Part shown: piece after piece, positions 1-10,222 of the stretch | Position numbering within the stretch: the first letter of the stretch is position 1 | How the letters are laid out: each line of letters starts with the position of its first letter | Assembly: GCA_050950285.1 (NCBI GenBank) | Contig: JBMNHG010000011.1 | Span: 186,001-250,000 of the forward strand | Direction: 5' to 3' | DNA length: 64,000 bases | DNA from: Kiritimatiellia bacterium | GTDB taxonomy: Bacteria > Verrucomicrobiota > Kiritimatiellia > RFP12 > JBMNHG01 | The notes under the pieces: generated by a model | Seen by the model: only the letters and a program-made list of their open reading frames with translations | Database searches by the model: none | Told to the model about the DNA's origin: nothing | Made by a program: the position numbers and the translations under genes

Positions 1-125
1 GCGCCACGCCCGAGGTCGCGGCGCGCCTTGCGAACCTCGCCGCAGGCGTGGTGGTGGGGAAGGTCGGCACCGCAACCGCCACGCCGGAGGAGATCCTGGC
101 CTACGCGGCGGAGGTGGGGGCGTGA
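1..125 (+). CDS. rfaE: 3' end of PfkB-family heptose 7-phosphate kinase (HldE/RfaE domain I), partial
   Basis: Frame 3 reads ATPEVAARLANLAAGVVVGKVGTATATPEEIL...*, the typical RfaE kinase C-terminal motif. The TGA stop (123-125) overlaps the gmhB GTG start. Confidence 0.8.
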   Translation, partial: ATPEVAARLANLAAGVVVGKVGTATATPEEILAYAAEVGA

Positions 126-700
126 GCGCGGGAGGGAAGTCGACGCCGCGCGCCGGCTTGTTCCTGGATCGCGACGGAACGCTCATCTACGACCTGGTCT
201 TCGTGAAGGATCCAAAGCGCGTGCGCCTGCTGCCCGGCACACGCGAGGGGTTGCGGCTCTTGCGCGACCGCTTCCTGTTTTTCCTGTTCACGAACCAAAG
301 CGGCGTGCCGCGCGGATACTTCGGCTGGGACGACGTGGAGAAGGTGATCGCCCGCATGACGCGCCTGATCGGCATGGGGCCGGATCTCTTCGCGGCCTCG
401 TGCATCGCCGCCGAGATGCCCGGCGGCGTTGCGACCTACCGCAAGCCGTCGCCGCGCTTCATCCTGGAGTGCATCGACCAGTTCGGGCTCGACCCGGAGC
501 AGTGCTGGATGCTGGGGGACCGTGCCAGCGACGCGCTCGCGGGCCTCCGAGCGGGCATCCGCGCCGCCTTCATCCGCCCCGAAAAGGGACTGGACGACGA
601 AATGAAGGCGCTTTCCGCCGGGCGCGGCGTGCCGGCCTACGACTCGGTCTTGCAGTTCGCGGAGGCTTTGCCGGAACCCGTCCGCCCGCAGGGCCATTGA
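122..700 (+). CDS. gmhB: D-glycero-D-manno-heptose 1,7-bisphosphate phosphatase (HAD-IIIA)
   Basis: FLDRDGTL (DxD motif I), FTNQSGVPRG, RKPSP and GDRASD motifs; coupled to rfaE. Confidence 0.85.
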   Translation: MSAGGKSTPRAGLFLDRDGTLIYDLVFVKDPKRVRLLPGTREGLRLLRDRFLFFLFTNQSGVPRGYFGWDDVEKVIARMTRLIGMGPDLFAASCIAAEMPGGVATYRKPSPRFILECIDQFGLDPEQCWMLGDRASDALAGLRAGIRAAFIRPEKGLDDEMKALSAGRGVPAYDSVLQFAEALPEPVRPQGH

Positions 701-764
701 CGCCGCAAGCCGCCGCCCGGGCGCGGCGTGCCGCGGAATGGACGTCCGCCGGACGGCCGGTTCC

Positions 765-1679
765 CTAGGAAAACCGGCGCCGGTAGAGGAGGTAGTCGCG
801 CAGGACGGTCTCGATGGGCGCGGCGGTGGAGAGCGGCTGGTAGTCGGCGCCGGCGGAGAGGCAGGCGGAGCGGATGGCGGAGCGGAAGGCCGACACGCGC
901 CGACGGTAGGCGCGAGCCTGGCGGAGGGGATCGCACATCACTTCGCGGCCGGTTTCGAGATCCCGGAAGCGGGCGAGCGCCTGGAAGGGGAACGACTCTT
1001 CGTCTTCGTCGAGCAGGTGGAAGACGATGACGTCGTGGCCGCGGGCGGAGAGTCGGCGGATGCCGTCGGCCACGCGTTCCTCGGGGCCGTGGAGGTCGCT
1101 CACGAGCACGACCATCCCGCGCGATCCGAGGCGCAGCGCGAGTTTGTGGAGGACGGCGGGGAGGTCGGTTTTCCCGGATGGGACGACGTCGGCCATGCGC
1201 GAGAGGAGGGCGTAGAGGTGGCGCTGGCCCTGGCGCGGGGGGACGAAGACGCGGAAGTCCTCGTCGAAGGTCACGAGCCCGGCAGCGTCCTGCTGGCGCG
1301 AGGCCAAGTAGGCGAGCGCGGCGGAGAGGGTGCAGCCGAACTCGAACTTCGTGAGACGGCCCGGGGCGTCGGCCGGCCGGTAGCCCATGGAGGCGCTGGT
1401 GTCCAGCGCCACGACCACCTTCATGTCCGATTCCATCTCGAAGCGCCGCACGAAGGTGCGTTCGGTCCGGGCGAGCAGCTTCCAGTCGATGATGCGCGGT
1501 TCGTCGCCCGGCGTGTACTCGCGGTAGTCCTTGAACTCCACGCTGAAGCCGTAGGAGGGGCAGCGGTGGCGCGAGGCGTACATCCCTTCCACGAGCAGGC
1601 GGGAGCGCAGTTCCAGCGACTGGATCGCCCGCAGCGTGTCGGCGTCGAGGAAGCGCAGGGGCCTGGAGGGGGCGGGCAT
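765..1679 (-). CDS. DUF58 (vWA-like) protein
   Basis: GFSVEFKDYREYTPGDEPRIIDWK and DTSASM motifs; directly downstream of MoxR. Confidence 0.9.
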   Translation of the reverse strand: MPAPSRPLRFLDADTLRAIQSLELRSRLLVEGMYASRHRCPSYGFSVEFKDYREYTPGDEPRIIDWKLLARTERTFVRRFEMESDMKVVVALDTSASMGYRPADAPGRLTKFEFGCTLSAALAYLASRQQDAAGLVTFDEDFRVFVPPRQGQRHLYALLSRMADVVPSGKTDLPAVLHKLALRLGSRGMVVLVSDLHGPEERVADGIRRLSARGHDVIVFHLLDEDEESFPFQALARFRDLETGREVMCDPLRQARAYRRRVSAFRSAIRSACLSAGADYQPLSTAAPIETVLRDYLLYRRRFS

Positions 1680-1703
1680 GGGCGGCGGGCCGGGGAAGGG
1701 AGG

Positions 1704-2717
<1,014 letters not shown>

Positions 2718-2896
2718 GGGAACGGGATTCCTTTCGATTCGACCGGAAAGAAGCAAAGACTATGCCAGTCCTCGGGATTCCGCGATTGGGTCCATGGAGA
2801 GGCTCTATCGACACGTATCGACACTTTCATGCAAACAGCCCCCGATCGCGCAAACCCCGTTAATCCCCCGACCCATCGGAATCAAAATCTTCGGAG

Positions 2897-2980
<84 letters not shown>

Positions 2981-3034
2981 AGGGAGACCGCCGTCTTTCG
3001 GGGAGGGTAGGGGACGGCGGAGGATGCGGCCGAA

Positions 3035-4039
3035 TCAGCCGGCCTTTTGGAGCAGGCCCCGTAATTTTTCGCGGACGTCGTCGAGCCCGGTCCGGTCCAG
3101 GGCCGAGACCTGGATCGGGGCGTTGCGGATGCGCTTGCGGAACTCCACGAGGTTCTCGACCGCGCCCGGCAGATCCATTTTGTTCGCGAGGATCATGGAA
3201 GGGCGTTTGGCGAGCGCCTTGTCGTAGAGCGAGATCTCGCGGCGGAGCGAGCGGAGGTCGTCCCACGGGGTCCGGCCGTCCACGCCCGCCATGTCCACCA
3301 CGTAGGCCAGCACCCGCGTGCGCTCGAGGTGGCGGAGGAATTCCACGCCGAGGCCGACGCCTTTGTGGGCGCCTTCGATGAGGCCCGGGATGTCCGCGAT
3401 GCGGATTTGCGTGTAGTCGGGGTTGACGAGCGTGCCGATCACGGGGCGAAGGGTGGTGAAGGGGTAGGCCCCGACCTTGGGCGTGGCGGCGGTGAGGGCG
3501 CGCAGGAGGGAGGATTTGCCGGCGTTGGGGTATCCCACGAGGCCGACGTCGGCCAGGCATTTCAACTCGAGGCGAAGGCGGAACTCCTCGCCGGGAAGCC
3601 CGGGCGTGTACTCCCTGGGGGCTTGGTTGGTGGAGCTCTTCCAGTGGACGTTGCCCCAGCCGCCCTTGCCGCCCCGGGCGACGACGGCGCGCTGCCCATG
3701 GCCGGTGATATCCACCACCAGTTCGCCGGTGTCGTCGTTGAACACCTGCGTGCCGCAGGGGACGCGCACTTCCACGTTCGCGCCGTCGCGGCCCGTCCGG
3801 CGCTGTCCGGCGCCACGCCGGCCGTCTTCCGCCTTGATCTCCGGCATGAAGTAGACGCGGAGGAGCGAGTCTTCGTCGTGGTCGCCGATCAAAACAACAT
3901 GGCCCCCCCGGCCGCCATCGCCGCCGTCGGGGCCACCTTTGGGCACGAACGCCTCCCGCCGGAAGCTGAGACTGCCGGATCCGCCTTTCCCTGCGCGCAC
4001 GGAGATGGTGACGCAGTCGACAAACTGCCGGACTTTCAA
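3035..4039 (-). CDS. obgE: GTPase ObgE/CgtA
   Basis: FVDCVTI..GGPDGGDGGRGG Obg fold, GYPNAGKSS, YPFTTL, DIPGLIEGA and NKMD; follows rplU-rpmA. Confidence 0.96.
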   Translation of the reverse strand: MKVRQFVDCVTISVRAGKGGSGSLSFRREAFVPKGGPDGGDGGRGGHVVLIGDHDEDSLLRVYFMPEIKAEDGRRGAGQRRTGRDGANVEVRVPCGTQVFNDDTGELVVDITGHGQRAVVARGGKGGWGNVHWKSSTNQAPREYTPGLPGEEFRLRLELKCLADVGLVGYPNAGKSSLLRALTAATPKVGAYPFTTLRPVIGTLVNPDYTQIRIADIPGLIEGAHKGVGLGVEFLRHLERTRVLAYVVDMAGVDGRTPWDDLRSLRREISLYDKALAKRPSMILANKMDLPGAVENLVEFRKRIRNAPIQVSALDRTGLDDVREKLRGLLQKAG

Positions 4040-4075
4040 CGCTTCACCTCGGGAGGATCCGTCTCCCGCCCCGGG

Positions 4076-4327
4076 CTATTCCGCAACGGGCTCCTCGGGG
4101 ACGATCGTCACCACGCGCCCTTCCTTCGTGAACTTGACCTTGCCGTCCTTGAGGGCGAACAGGGTGTCGTCGTTGCCCCGGGCCACGTTCAGGCCGGGGT
4201 GGATGCGCGTGCCGCGCTGGCGCACGAGAATCGAGCCGGCGGTGACCACCTGGCCGTCATAGCGTTTTACGCCCAAGCGCTTGGCGTTGCTGTCGCGGTT
4301 GTTGACGCCTTTGCCTTTGCGTGCCAT
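4076..4327 (-). CDS. rpmA: 50S ribosomal protein L27
   Basis: [11 protein letters not shown]...[35 protein letters not shown]. Confidence 0.96.
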   Translation of the reverse strand: MARKGKGVNNRDSNAKRLGVKRYDGQVVTAGSILVRQRGTRIHPGLNVARGNDDTLFALKDGKVKFTKEGRVVTIVPEEPVAE

Positions 4328-4377
4328 GGTATTGCTCCTCTATATCGTTTGGCCAGACCGGAGTCCGGCGCGGTTGT

Positions 4378-4692
4378 TCAGCCAATGGCCTTGACAGTGA
4401 CGACGGTCAGCTCCTGGCGATGACCGACCTTTCGCTCGTAGCCCTTGCGGCGGCGGCGCTTGAAGTTGACGACCTTGTCGCCGCGGATGTGCTCCTTGAC
4501 GGTGACCGTGACCATCGCGCCCTCGACGGTGGGGGCGCCGATCTTGAGTGCCGCGCCATCGGAAAGCGCGAGAACCTGGTCCAGCGCCACATCCTGGCCG
4601 GCTTCGGCCTCCAGGCGCTCGATTTCCAGCGTGTCGCCGACGGACACGCGATATTGCTTCCCGCCGGTCATGACAACCGCATAAGCATCCAT
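4378..4692 (-). CDS. rplU: 50S ribosomal protein L21
   Basis: YAVVMTGGKQYRVSVGD...KRRRRKGYERKVGHRQELT; start at MDAYAVV. Confidence 0.96.
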   Translation of the reverse strand: MDAYAVVMTGGKQYRVSVGDTLEIERLEAEAGQDVALDQVLALSDGAALKIGAPTVEGAMVTVTVKEHIRGDKVVNFKRRRRKGYERKVGHRQELTVVTVKAIG

Positions 4693-4850
4693 TTCAACAT
4701 CCTCGGGGATTGCCGTGCCTTCCGCCCCGGCGGACACCCGCCATCCCGGACGAAAGAGAAACGCCAAGGAGGGTAGCAGAACGGCGGAAGGGGCGCAACT
4801 AATACTTTGTATGTAATCCTTTGGTATCATGCGGACGCATGTCATTTGGT

Positions 4851-4879
4851 TTGCCGCCCGCCATGGCTTCCGGTATACT
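4851..4879 (+). promoter_or_regulatory. sigma70-type promoter (probably leaderless) for the wzm-like gene
   Basis: TTGCCG-17 nt-TATACT, then 7 nt to ATG 4887; no Shine-Dalgarno. Confidence 0.65.
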
Positions 4880-4886
4880 CGCGGCC

Positions 4887-5729
4887 ATGACCCCCTCTTC
4901 CGATTCCGGATTGGCGGCGCAGCTCTTCCGCCGCCGCGAACTGGTGCGCATGCTCGCCGTGCGCAACCTGAAGATCCGGTACAAGAATTCGGCGCTGGGC
5001 TTCCTCTGGTCGCTTCTCACGCCCGGATGCTTCATCCTCATCTACGCGGTTTTCGCCGGCATCATCGGCATGCGCGGCGAGCTGCTGGGCGTGGACGGTT
5101 CCACGAAGATCCAGTTTCTTCCCTTCCTTGTGACCGGGATCGTCGTCTGGCAGTTCACCGCCACCTGCTTCAACGACGGTCTCCATGCGGTGACCGGCAA
5201 CGCCAACCTCGTGAAGAAGGCCGCCTTCCCGCGGCTCATCCTGCCGGTGTCGATGACGCTTGCCAACACCGTGAACTTCCTCCTCACCCTCGCCGTGTTG
5301 GCCCTGTATCTCTTCTTCGAGCCCAGCGTCTCGTTCCAGGGCGTTTCGCTCCTCTGGCTTCCCGCCGCCGTGGCCGCCCAGTTCGCCCTCGGCCTCGGCC
5401 TCGCCCTGCTCGTCTCCACGGCGAACGTCTTCTTCCGCGACACCGAGCACATCGTGGGCGTCGCCTCGCTCGCCTGGTTCTTCCTCACGCCCATCTTCTA
5501 TCCCACGCAGATGCAGCTCGACCTTGTCGCGGAAAAATGGAACGGGCCTCCCTGGCTCGTCTATCTGAACCCGATGACGGGCATCGTCGAAGCCTACCGC
5601 CAGGCCCTGCTGGGCGGCGGCTGCTCCTGCACGGGGATCCTCCTCTCCTTCGGCCTGTCGCTGGTCTTGCTCGCGGCGGGGCTCTTCGTGTTCCAACGGG
5701 CCGAGGGATCGTTCGGCGACGTCCTCTGA
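4887..5729 (+). CDS. wzm: ABC-2 polysaccharide export permease (Wzm/RfbA-like)
   Basis: RNLKIRYKNSALGFLWSLLTP, NANLVKKAAFPRLILP, VFFRDTEHIV, WFFLTPIFYP and LNPMTGIVEAYR motifs. Confidence 0.88.
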   Translation: MTPSSDSGLAAQLFRRRELVRMLAVRNLKIRYKNSALGFLWSLLTPGCFILIYAVFAGIIGMRGELLGVDGSTKIQFLPFLVTGIVVWQFTATCFNDGLHAVTGNANLVKKAAFPRLILPVSMTLANTVNFLLTLAVLALYLFFEPSVSFQGVSLLWLPAAVAAQFALGLGLALLVSTANVFFRDTEHIVGVASLAWFFLTPIFYPTQMQLDLVAEKWNGPPWLVYLNPMTGIVEAYRQALLGGGCSCTGILLSFGLSLVLLAAGLFVFQRAEGSFGDVL

Positions 5730-5945
5730 CCCCACGCCCCGCACGTTTGGCCCCGGCACCCCGTCCCTCCTCCCCTTCCGAACGGAAGCCCGTCGTTTCG
5801 CGATGGGATGCGCCCGTTGCGCCGGCACGGATGGGAGAGAAGCCTTGAACCGGGGGGTCGGAAGCGGTATCCTTTCCCGCCATGCAACTGTGGACCATCC
5901 CGCTTCCGGCTTGTTGCCGCGGAACGGACGCGAAGGCTTCTCCGT

Positions 5946-6551
5946 ATGGCGCATGAATGGAACATCCGCCCCAGGGGGCGCCTCTGCACCCTTTGCGGGA
6001 AGCCCTTCGAGGACGGGCAGGAATGCGTCTCGGCCCTGTACGACCGGATCGACGGGTTTGTCCGCGAAGACAGTTGCATGCCCTGCTGGGCAGGGAGGGC
6101 CACATCCTCCGGGGAGCAGCCGATCAGCGTCTGGCAGGGGACCTTCGCCGCTCCGGACGAGGCGGGAAAGACCGAACCGGTTCCAAAGGAATCCGCGGAG
6201 CAGCTTCTCCGCCGCCTCATCGGGCTCGACGATCCTGCCCAGGCCCCGGTGGCGTATGTGCTTGCCGTGATGCTCGAACGGAGCCGCCAGCTTGTGGAGC
6301 GCGATGCGCGGCCGCATGAGTCCGGCGGCACCTTGCGGGTGTACGAGCACCGCAAGACGGGCGACGTCTTCACCGTGCTGGATCCGCACCTCCGTCTCGA
6401 CGCCATCGCCGATGTCCAGCGGCAGGTCGTCGAACTTCTGGGCGGTTCCTCCGACGCCTCCGGCGACACGGCCGCGCCTCCGCCGCCGGCGGCCGCCGCC
6501 ACCGACGCCGCTCCGGCCGAACCTCCGGAAGTTCCCTCGTCCGCCCCATGA
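5946..6551 (+). CDS. Conserved hypothetical protein with N-terminal CxxC...CxxC zinc-ribbon-like motif
   Basis: MAHEWNIRPRGRLCTLCGKPF...CMPCW...YVLAVMLER; typical codon usage; overlaps the next gene (ATGA). Confidence 0.7.
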   Translation: MAHEWNIRPRGRLCTLCGKPFEDGQECVSALYDRIDGFVREDSCMPCWAGRATSSGEQPISVWQGTFAAPDEAGKTEPVPKESAEQLLRRLIGLDDPAQAPVAYVLAVMLERSRQLVERDARPHESGGTLRVYEHRKTGDVFTVLDPHLRLDAIADVQRQVVELLGGSSDASGDTAAPPPPAAAATDAAPAEPPEVPSSAP

Positions 6552-7513
6552 GAGACGTCCTTTCCCCGTTTCTGCTCGTCGCGACCGCGCTGATCTGGGG
6601 CGGAGCCTTCCTTGCGCAGAAGGAGGGGGGCACCTATCTGGGGCCTTTCGCCTTCACGGTGGCGCGCAGCCTTCTGGGCGGGATCGCGCTCCTTGGGGTG
6701 CTGGCGGTTCGCCGTGCGTGCGGCGTGCGGGCGCCCCATGCCGACGAGCCCGGCTACTGGAGGAATGTCCTCCTGGGCGGCTTCGGGTCGGGGTTCTGGC
6801 TCTTCGTGGCGTCGATGTTCCAGCAGACGGGGCTTCAGACTACCCTCCCCGGCGTTTCGGCCTTTCTCACCACCACCTACGTGTTGCTTGTGCCCCTGCT
6901 GGGGATCTTCGCGGGGCGCGCTCCCCGGGCGTTCATCTGGCCCATGGCTCTCCTCGCCGTCGCCGGCCTCCACCACATTTGCATTCCGGGCGGGGCCGCC
7001 TTCGCCCCTTCCATCGGGCGGGGCGAAGGGTTGACGCTGGCGGGCGCGTTCCTTTTCGCGGTGCAGATCCTGGTGGTGGATCGCTACGCCTACCGTACGG
7101 ACGTGGTGGCCATGACGTGCGTGCAATTCTTCACGGGAGCCCTGCTGGGGCTTCCCTTCCTGCTCCTGCCCGCCGAATCGGCCCGGCTCGCCCTTGGCAA
7201 CCTTCGTCCGGCGCTTCCGGCGATCGTCTTCTGCGGCGTGATTTCCTCGGGCGTTGCCTACACGTTGCAGAACATGGCGCAGGCGAGGACTCCGCCGGCA
7301 GTCGCCGCGCTCCTGCTGAGCCTGGAGTCGGTCTTTGCCGCCCTCTTCGGCTATTTCATCCGCCACGACGTGCTCGCTCCGCGCCAGGTGGCGGGATGCG
7401 GCCTCGTCTTCCTGGCCGTTGCCGCGTCGCAGATCCTGGACATCGTCGTCCCGCGGAAACAGAGGCCTCCGCTTCGCGGCGCGCCGTCCGCGCCGGAAGC
7501 CCCGTCCCCCTGA
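6548..7513 (+). CDS. DMT/EamA family transporter
   Basis: IWGGAFLAQK, about 10 TM segments, two EamA repeats, LLLSLESVFAALFG. Confidence 0.9.
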   Translation: MRDVLSPFLLVATALIWGGAFLAQKEGGTYLGPFAFTVARSLLGGIALLGVLAVRRACGVRAPHADEPGYWRNVLLGGFGSGFWLFVASMFQQTGLQTTLPGVSAFLTTTYVLLVPLLGIFAGRAPRAFIWPMALLAVAGLHHICIPGGAAFAPSIGRGEGLTLAGAFLFAVQILVVDRYAYRTDVVAMTCVQFFTGALLGLPFLLLPAESARLALGNLRPALPAIVFCGVISSGVAYTLQNMAQARTPPAVAALLLSLESVFAALFGYFIRHDVLAPRQVAGCGLVFLAVAASQILDIVVPRKQRPPLRGAPSAPEAPSP

Positions 7514-7603
7514 CGTCCCTGCGGGGCGGGGAGTCAATGCAGGGCTTCGCGCCCTCCCCCGTGTTCGCGGGAGGGGCGCGTCGGGGATCCCGGAATCCGG
7601 GAT

Positions 7604-8173
7604 TCAGGCTTCGGCGCCCGCCTTGGCGGCGGGCTTTGCCGCGGCGGGTTTCGCGATGCCCTTTTGCGAGCGGGGGCTCAGCATGGCGCCGAGGAGACGC
7701 CCCAGAAGCTTGGGCTGCTGCTCGCAGACGGCGATGGGCTCGAGTTCGCGGATGATGCGGTTGATCAAGTCGAAACCGATGTCCTTGTGGGCGTTCTCGC
7801 GGCCGCGGTACCGGAGGGTCAGCTTGATCTTGTGCCCATCGGCGAGGAATTCGCGGATCTTGCGAAGCTTGATCTGGATGTCGTTTTCCTCGCAGTTCGG
7901 ATGGAACTTGATCTCCTTGACCTGCGTCTTCTGCTGCGATTTGCGCGCTTCCTTGCGGCGCATGCCCTCGTCATAACGGAACTTGCCAAAATCCATGATC
8001 TTGCAGACCGGCGGTTCCGCGTTGGGCGAAACCTCCACCAGGTCGAGGCCTTGGTCCTGCGCCATGCGCTGGGCGTCGCGGGTTTGCATCACGCCGAGCA
8101 TGGTCCCATCGGCCGCGACGACGCGGACGCTGGGGACACGGATCTTGAAGTTGGTACGAACGAACGTTGCGAT
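7604..8173 (-). CDS. infC: Translation initiation factor IF-3 (non-canonical ATC start)
   Basis: GLDLVEVSPNAEPPVCKIMDFGKFRY...VKEIKF. The frame extends upstream to ATC at 8173-8171 (IATFVRTNFKIRVPSVRVV), which follows GGAGGT at 5 nt; gene follows thrS. Confidence 0.93.
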   Translation of the reverse strand: MATFVRTNFKIRVPSVRVVAADGTMLGVMQTRDAQRMAQDQGLDLVEVSPNAEPPVCKIMDFGKFRYDEGMRRKEARKSQQKTQVKEIKFHPNCEENDIQIKLRKIREFLADGHKIKLTLRYRGRENAHKDIGFDLINRIIRELEPIAVCEQQPKLLGRLLGAMLSPRSQKGIAKPAAAKPAAKAGAEA

Positions 8174-8198
8174 AGGACACCTCCGGGTTCGGCGCGGT

Positions 8199-9938
8199 TT
8201 ACGCCTTCATTTCCTCGCGGATCTTGGCCAGGAAGGCGTCCAGGGCCATTGCGCCCTGGTCGCCCTGTTCGCGGCTGCGCACCGCGACGGCGCCCGCTTC
8301 CGCTTCGCGGCCGCCGAGAATCAACATGTAGGGGATCTTCCCCATCTGGGCATGGCGGATCTTCGCCCCGATCTTCTCGGAGTTGGCGTCCACCGTCGCC
8401 CGCACGCCCGCCGCCCGCAACTGCGCGAGCACCCGGTTCGCGTAGTCCAGCTGCTTGTCGGTGATGGGGAGCACGCGCACCTGTTCCGGGGCCAGCCACA
8501 GCGGGAAGGCGCCGGCGTAGTGCTCGATGAGGATTCCGAAGAAGCGTTCGATGGAGCCCAGCAGGGCGCGGTGCACCATGTAGGGCTGGTGCTCCCGGCC
8601 GTCTTCGCCCACGTAGGCGAGCTGGAAGCGCTCGGGGAGGTTGAAGTCGAACTGCACGGTGCCGAGCTGCCACGGGCGGCCCAGCGCGTCCTTGATCTTG
8701 AGGTCGATCTTCGGGCCGTAGAAGGCGCCGCCGCCTTCGTCCACCTCGTAGTCCATCCCCTCGGCGTCGAGGGCGTCGCGGAGCGACTGCGTGGCCTGCT
8801 CCCAGCGCCCGGGGGCGCCCACGGCCTTTTCGGGCTTGGTGGAGAGGAAGGCCTGCACCTCGTGGAAGCCGAACTTCGCGAGCATCGTCTTCGCGAAGCG
8901 AACGGTGTCGCGGATTTCGCCCACGATCTGATCGGGGGTGCAGAAGATGTGCGCGTCGTCCTGGGTGAAGCCGCGGACGCGGAAGAGGCCGTGGCGCACG
9001 CCATCCTTCTCGTAGCGGTAGACGGTTCCGAGCTCGGCGTAGCGCAGGGGGAGGTCGCGGTAGCTGTGCTTTTCGAACTGGTAGATCTGGATGTGGAAGG
9101 GGCAGTTCATCGGCTTGACGTAGTAGTCCTGGATGTCGGCGCGGTCGTCATCGCCTTCCTGGACCTTCATCGGCGGGAACATGCCGTCCTTGTAGAAGCC
9201 GAGGTGGCCGGAGGTCTCCCAGAGGCTGGATTTGCCGACATGCGGGGTGTAGACGATCTCGTAGCCGGCCTCGTCGTGCCGCTTGCGCCAGTAGTCCTCG
9301 ATGGCCCTTCGGACGCGCGCGCCGTTGGGGAGCCAGTGGGCGAGGCCGGGGCCGACCTCGTCGCTGGTCGTAAAGAGCTTGAGTTCGCGCCCGAGCTTGC
9401 GGTGGTCGCGCCGCTTGGCCTCCTCGATGCGCGCCAGCACGGCGTCGAGCGCCTCTTGCGAGACGTCCGCCATGCCATAGACGCGCTGGAGCATCGCGTT
9501 CTTCTCGTCGCCCCGGAAGTACGAGCCGGCCACGGAGGCCAGGCGGAAGGCCGCCAGTTCCCCGGTGGAGGCCACGTGGGGTCCGCGGCAGAGGTCGACG
9601 AAATCGCCGGTGCGGTAAAGGGACACGGTCTCGCCTTCGGGGATGTCGGCGAGGCGCTGGAGCTTGTAGGGCTGGTCGGCGAGCATCGTCGCGGCTTCGT
9701 CGCGGGAGACTTCGATGCGCTCGAAGGGGAGGTCGGCGGCGACGATCCTGGCCATCTCCTTTTCAATGGCCGGAAAATCCTCGGGTGCCAGACGGTGCGG
9801 GAGGTCGAAGTCATAGTAGAAGCCGTCGTCCGTCGCCGGGCCGATGTCGTACTTCACGTTGTCGAAAAGCTTGCCGATGGCCGCCGCCATCACGTGCGCG
9901 GTGCTATGACGCACCATCGCCAGACTGTCTTCGTTCAC
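8199..9938 (-). CDS. thrS: Threonine--tRNA ligase
   Basis: RHSTAHVMA, DLCRGPHV, RDHRKLG, KPMNCPFH, FRVRGFTQDDAH, GAFYGPKID and HYAGAFPLWLAPEQV motifs; GTG start. Confidence 0.97.
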   Translation of the reverse strand: MNEDSLAMVRHSTAHVMAAAIGKLFDNVKYDIGPATDDGFYYDFDLPHRLAPEDFPAIEKEMARIVAADLPFERIEVSRDEAATMLADQPYKLQRLADIPEGETVSLYRTGDFVDLCRGPHVASTGELAAFRLASVAGSYFRGDEKNAMLQRVYGMADVSQEALDAVLARIEEAKRRDHRKLGRELKLFTTSDEVGPGLAHWLPNGARVRRAIEDYWRKRHDEAGYEIVYTPHVGKSSLWETSGHLGFYKDGMFPPMKVQEGDDDRADIQDYYVKPMNCPFHIQIYQFEKHSYRDLPLRYAELGTVYRYEKDGVRHGLFRVRGFTQDDAHIFCTPDQIVGEIRDTVRFAKTMLAKFGFHEVQAFLSTKPEKAVGAPGRWEQATQSLRDALDAEGMDYEVDEGGGAFYGPKIDLKIKDALGRPWQLGTVQFDFNLPERFQLAYVGEDGREHQPYMVHRALLGSIERFFGILIEHYAGAFPLWLAPEQVRVLPITDKQLDYANRVLAQLRAAGVRATVDANSEKIGAKIRHAQMGKIPYMLILGGREAEAGAVAVRSREQGDQGAMALDAFLAKIREEMKA

Positions 9939-10021
9939 CAGGACCTCGCAGGAAACAAGAAACCAAACGATCGCGGCCGTTCAAAGCCCACAATCATGGA
10001 AATCCATTGATTTCGCAGGGA

Positions 10022-10051
10022 AGTATGCGGAAAGCCCTTTTGATTTGTCAA
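10022..10051 (-). promoter_or_regulatory. sigma70-type promoter of thrS-infC
   Basis: Minus strand TTGACA-18 nt-CATACT. Confidence 0.55.
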
Positions 10052-10145
10052 GCCACATCCGGGAAATTTTGGAAGTTCCGGCAAAAATCCCGCGCGCGTT
10101 TTTTTGGCGGAAAACCCTTGCATCAGCCCGGCCGATGTGGGATGC

Positions 10146-10179
10146 TGAACGCTCGTTCAAAAAACTGAACGTCCATTCA
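10146..10179. promoter_or_regulatory. Tandem palindromic operators, probably for the adjacent TetR
   Basis: TGAAC-GCTC-GTTCA (10146-10159) and TGAAC-GTCC-ATTCA (10166-10179), 20 bp apart, overlapping the predicted start site of a TTGCAT-17-GATGCT promoter (10118-10146). Confidence 0.65.
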
Positions 10180-10222
10180 AGAACAGGATTTCGAGCCCTG
10201 TCTTGAACAGGCGGTGGAACGC

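Noticed and set aside
2760..2896. Integrative element attachment site at tRNA-Leu
   Set aside because: No integrase, no duplicated tRNA 3' end, and the downstream MoxR genes have core-like codon usage.
8199..9938. ThrRS lacking the N-terminal TGS domain as a novelty
   Set aside because: Short ThrRS forms that start at the editing domain are widespread.
9939..10015. T-box or tRNA-mimic operator in the thrS leader
   Set aside because: The leader is too short for a T-box, and no convincing Thr-anticodon-like stem-loop was found.
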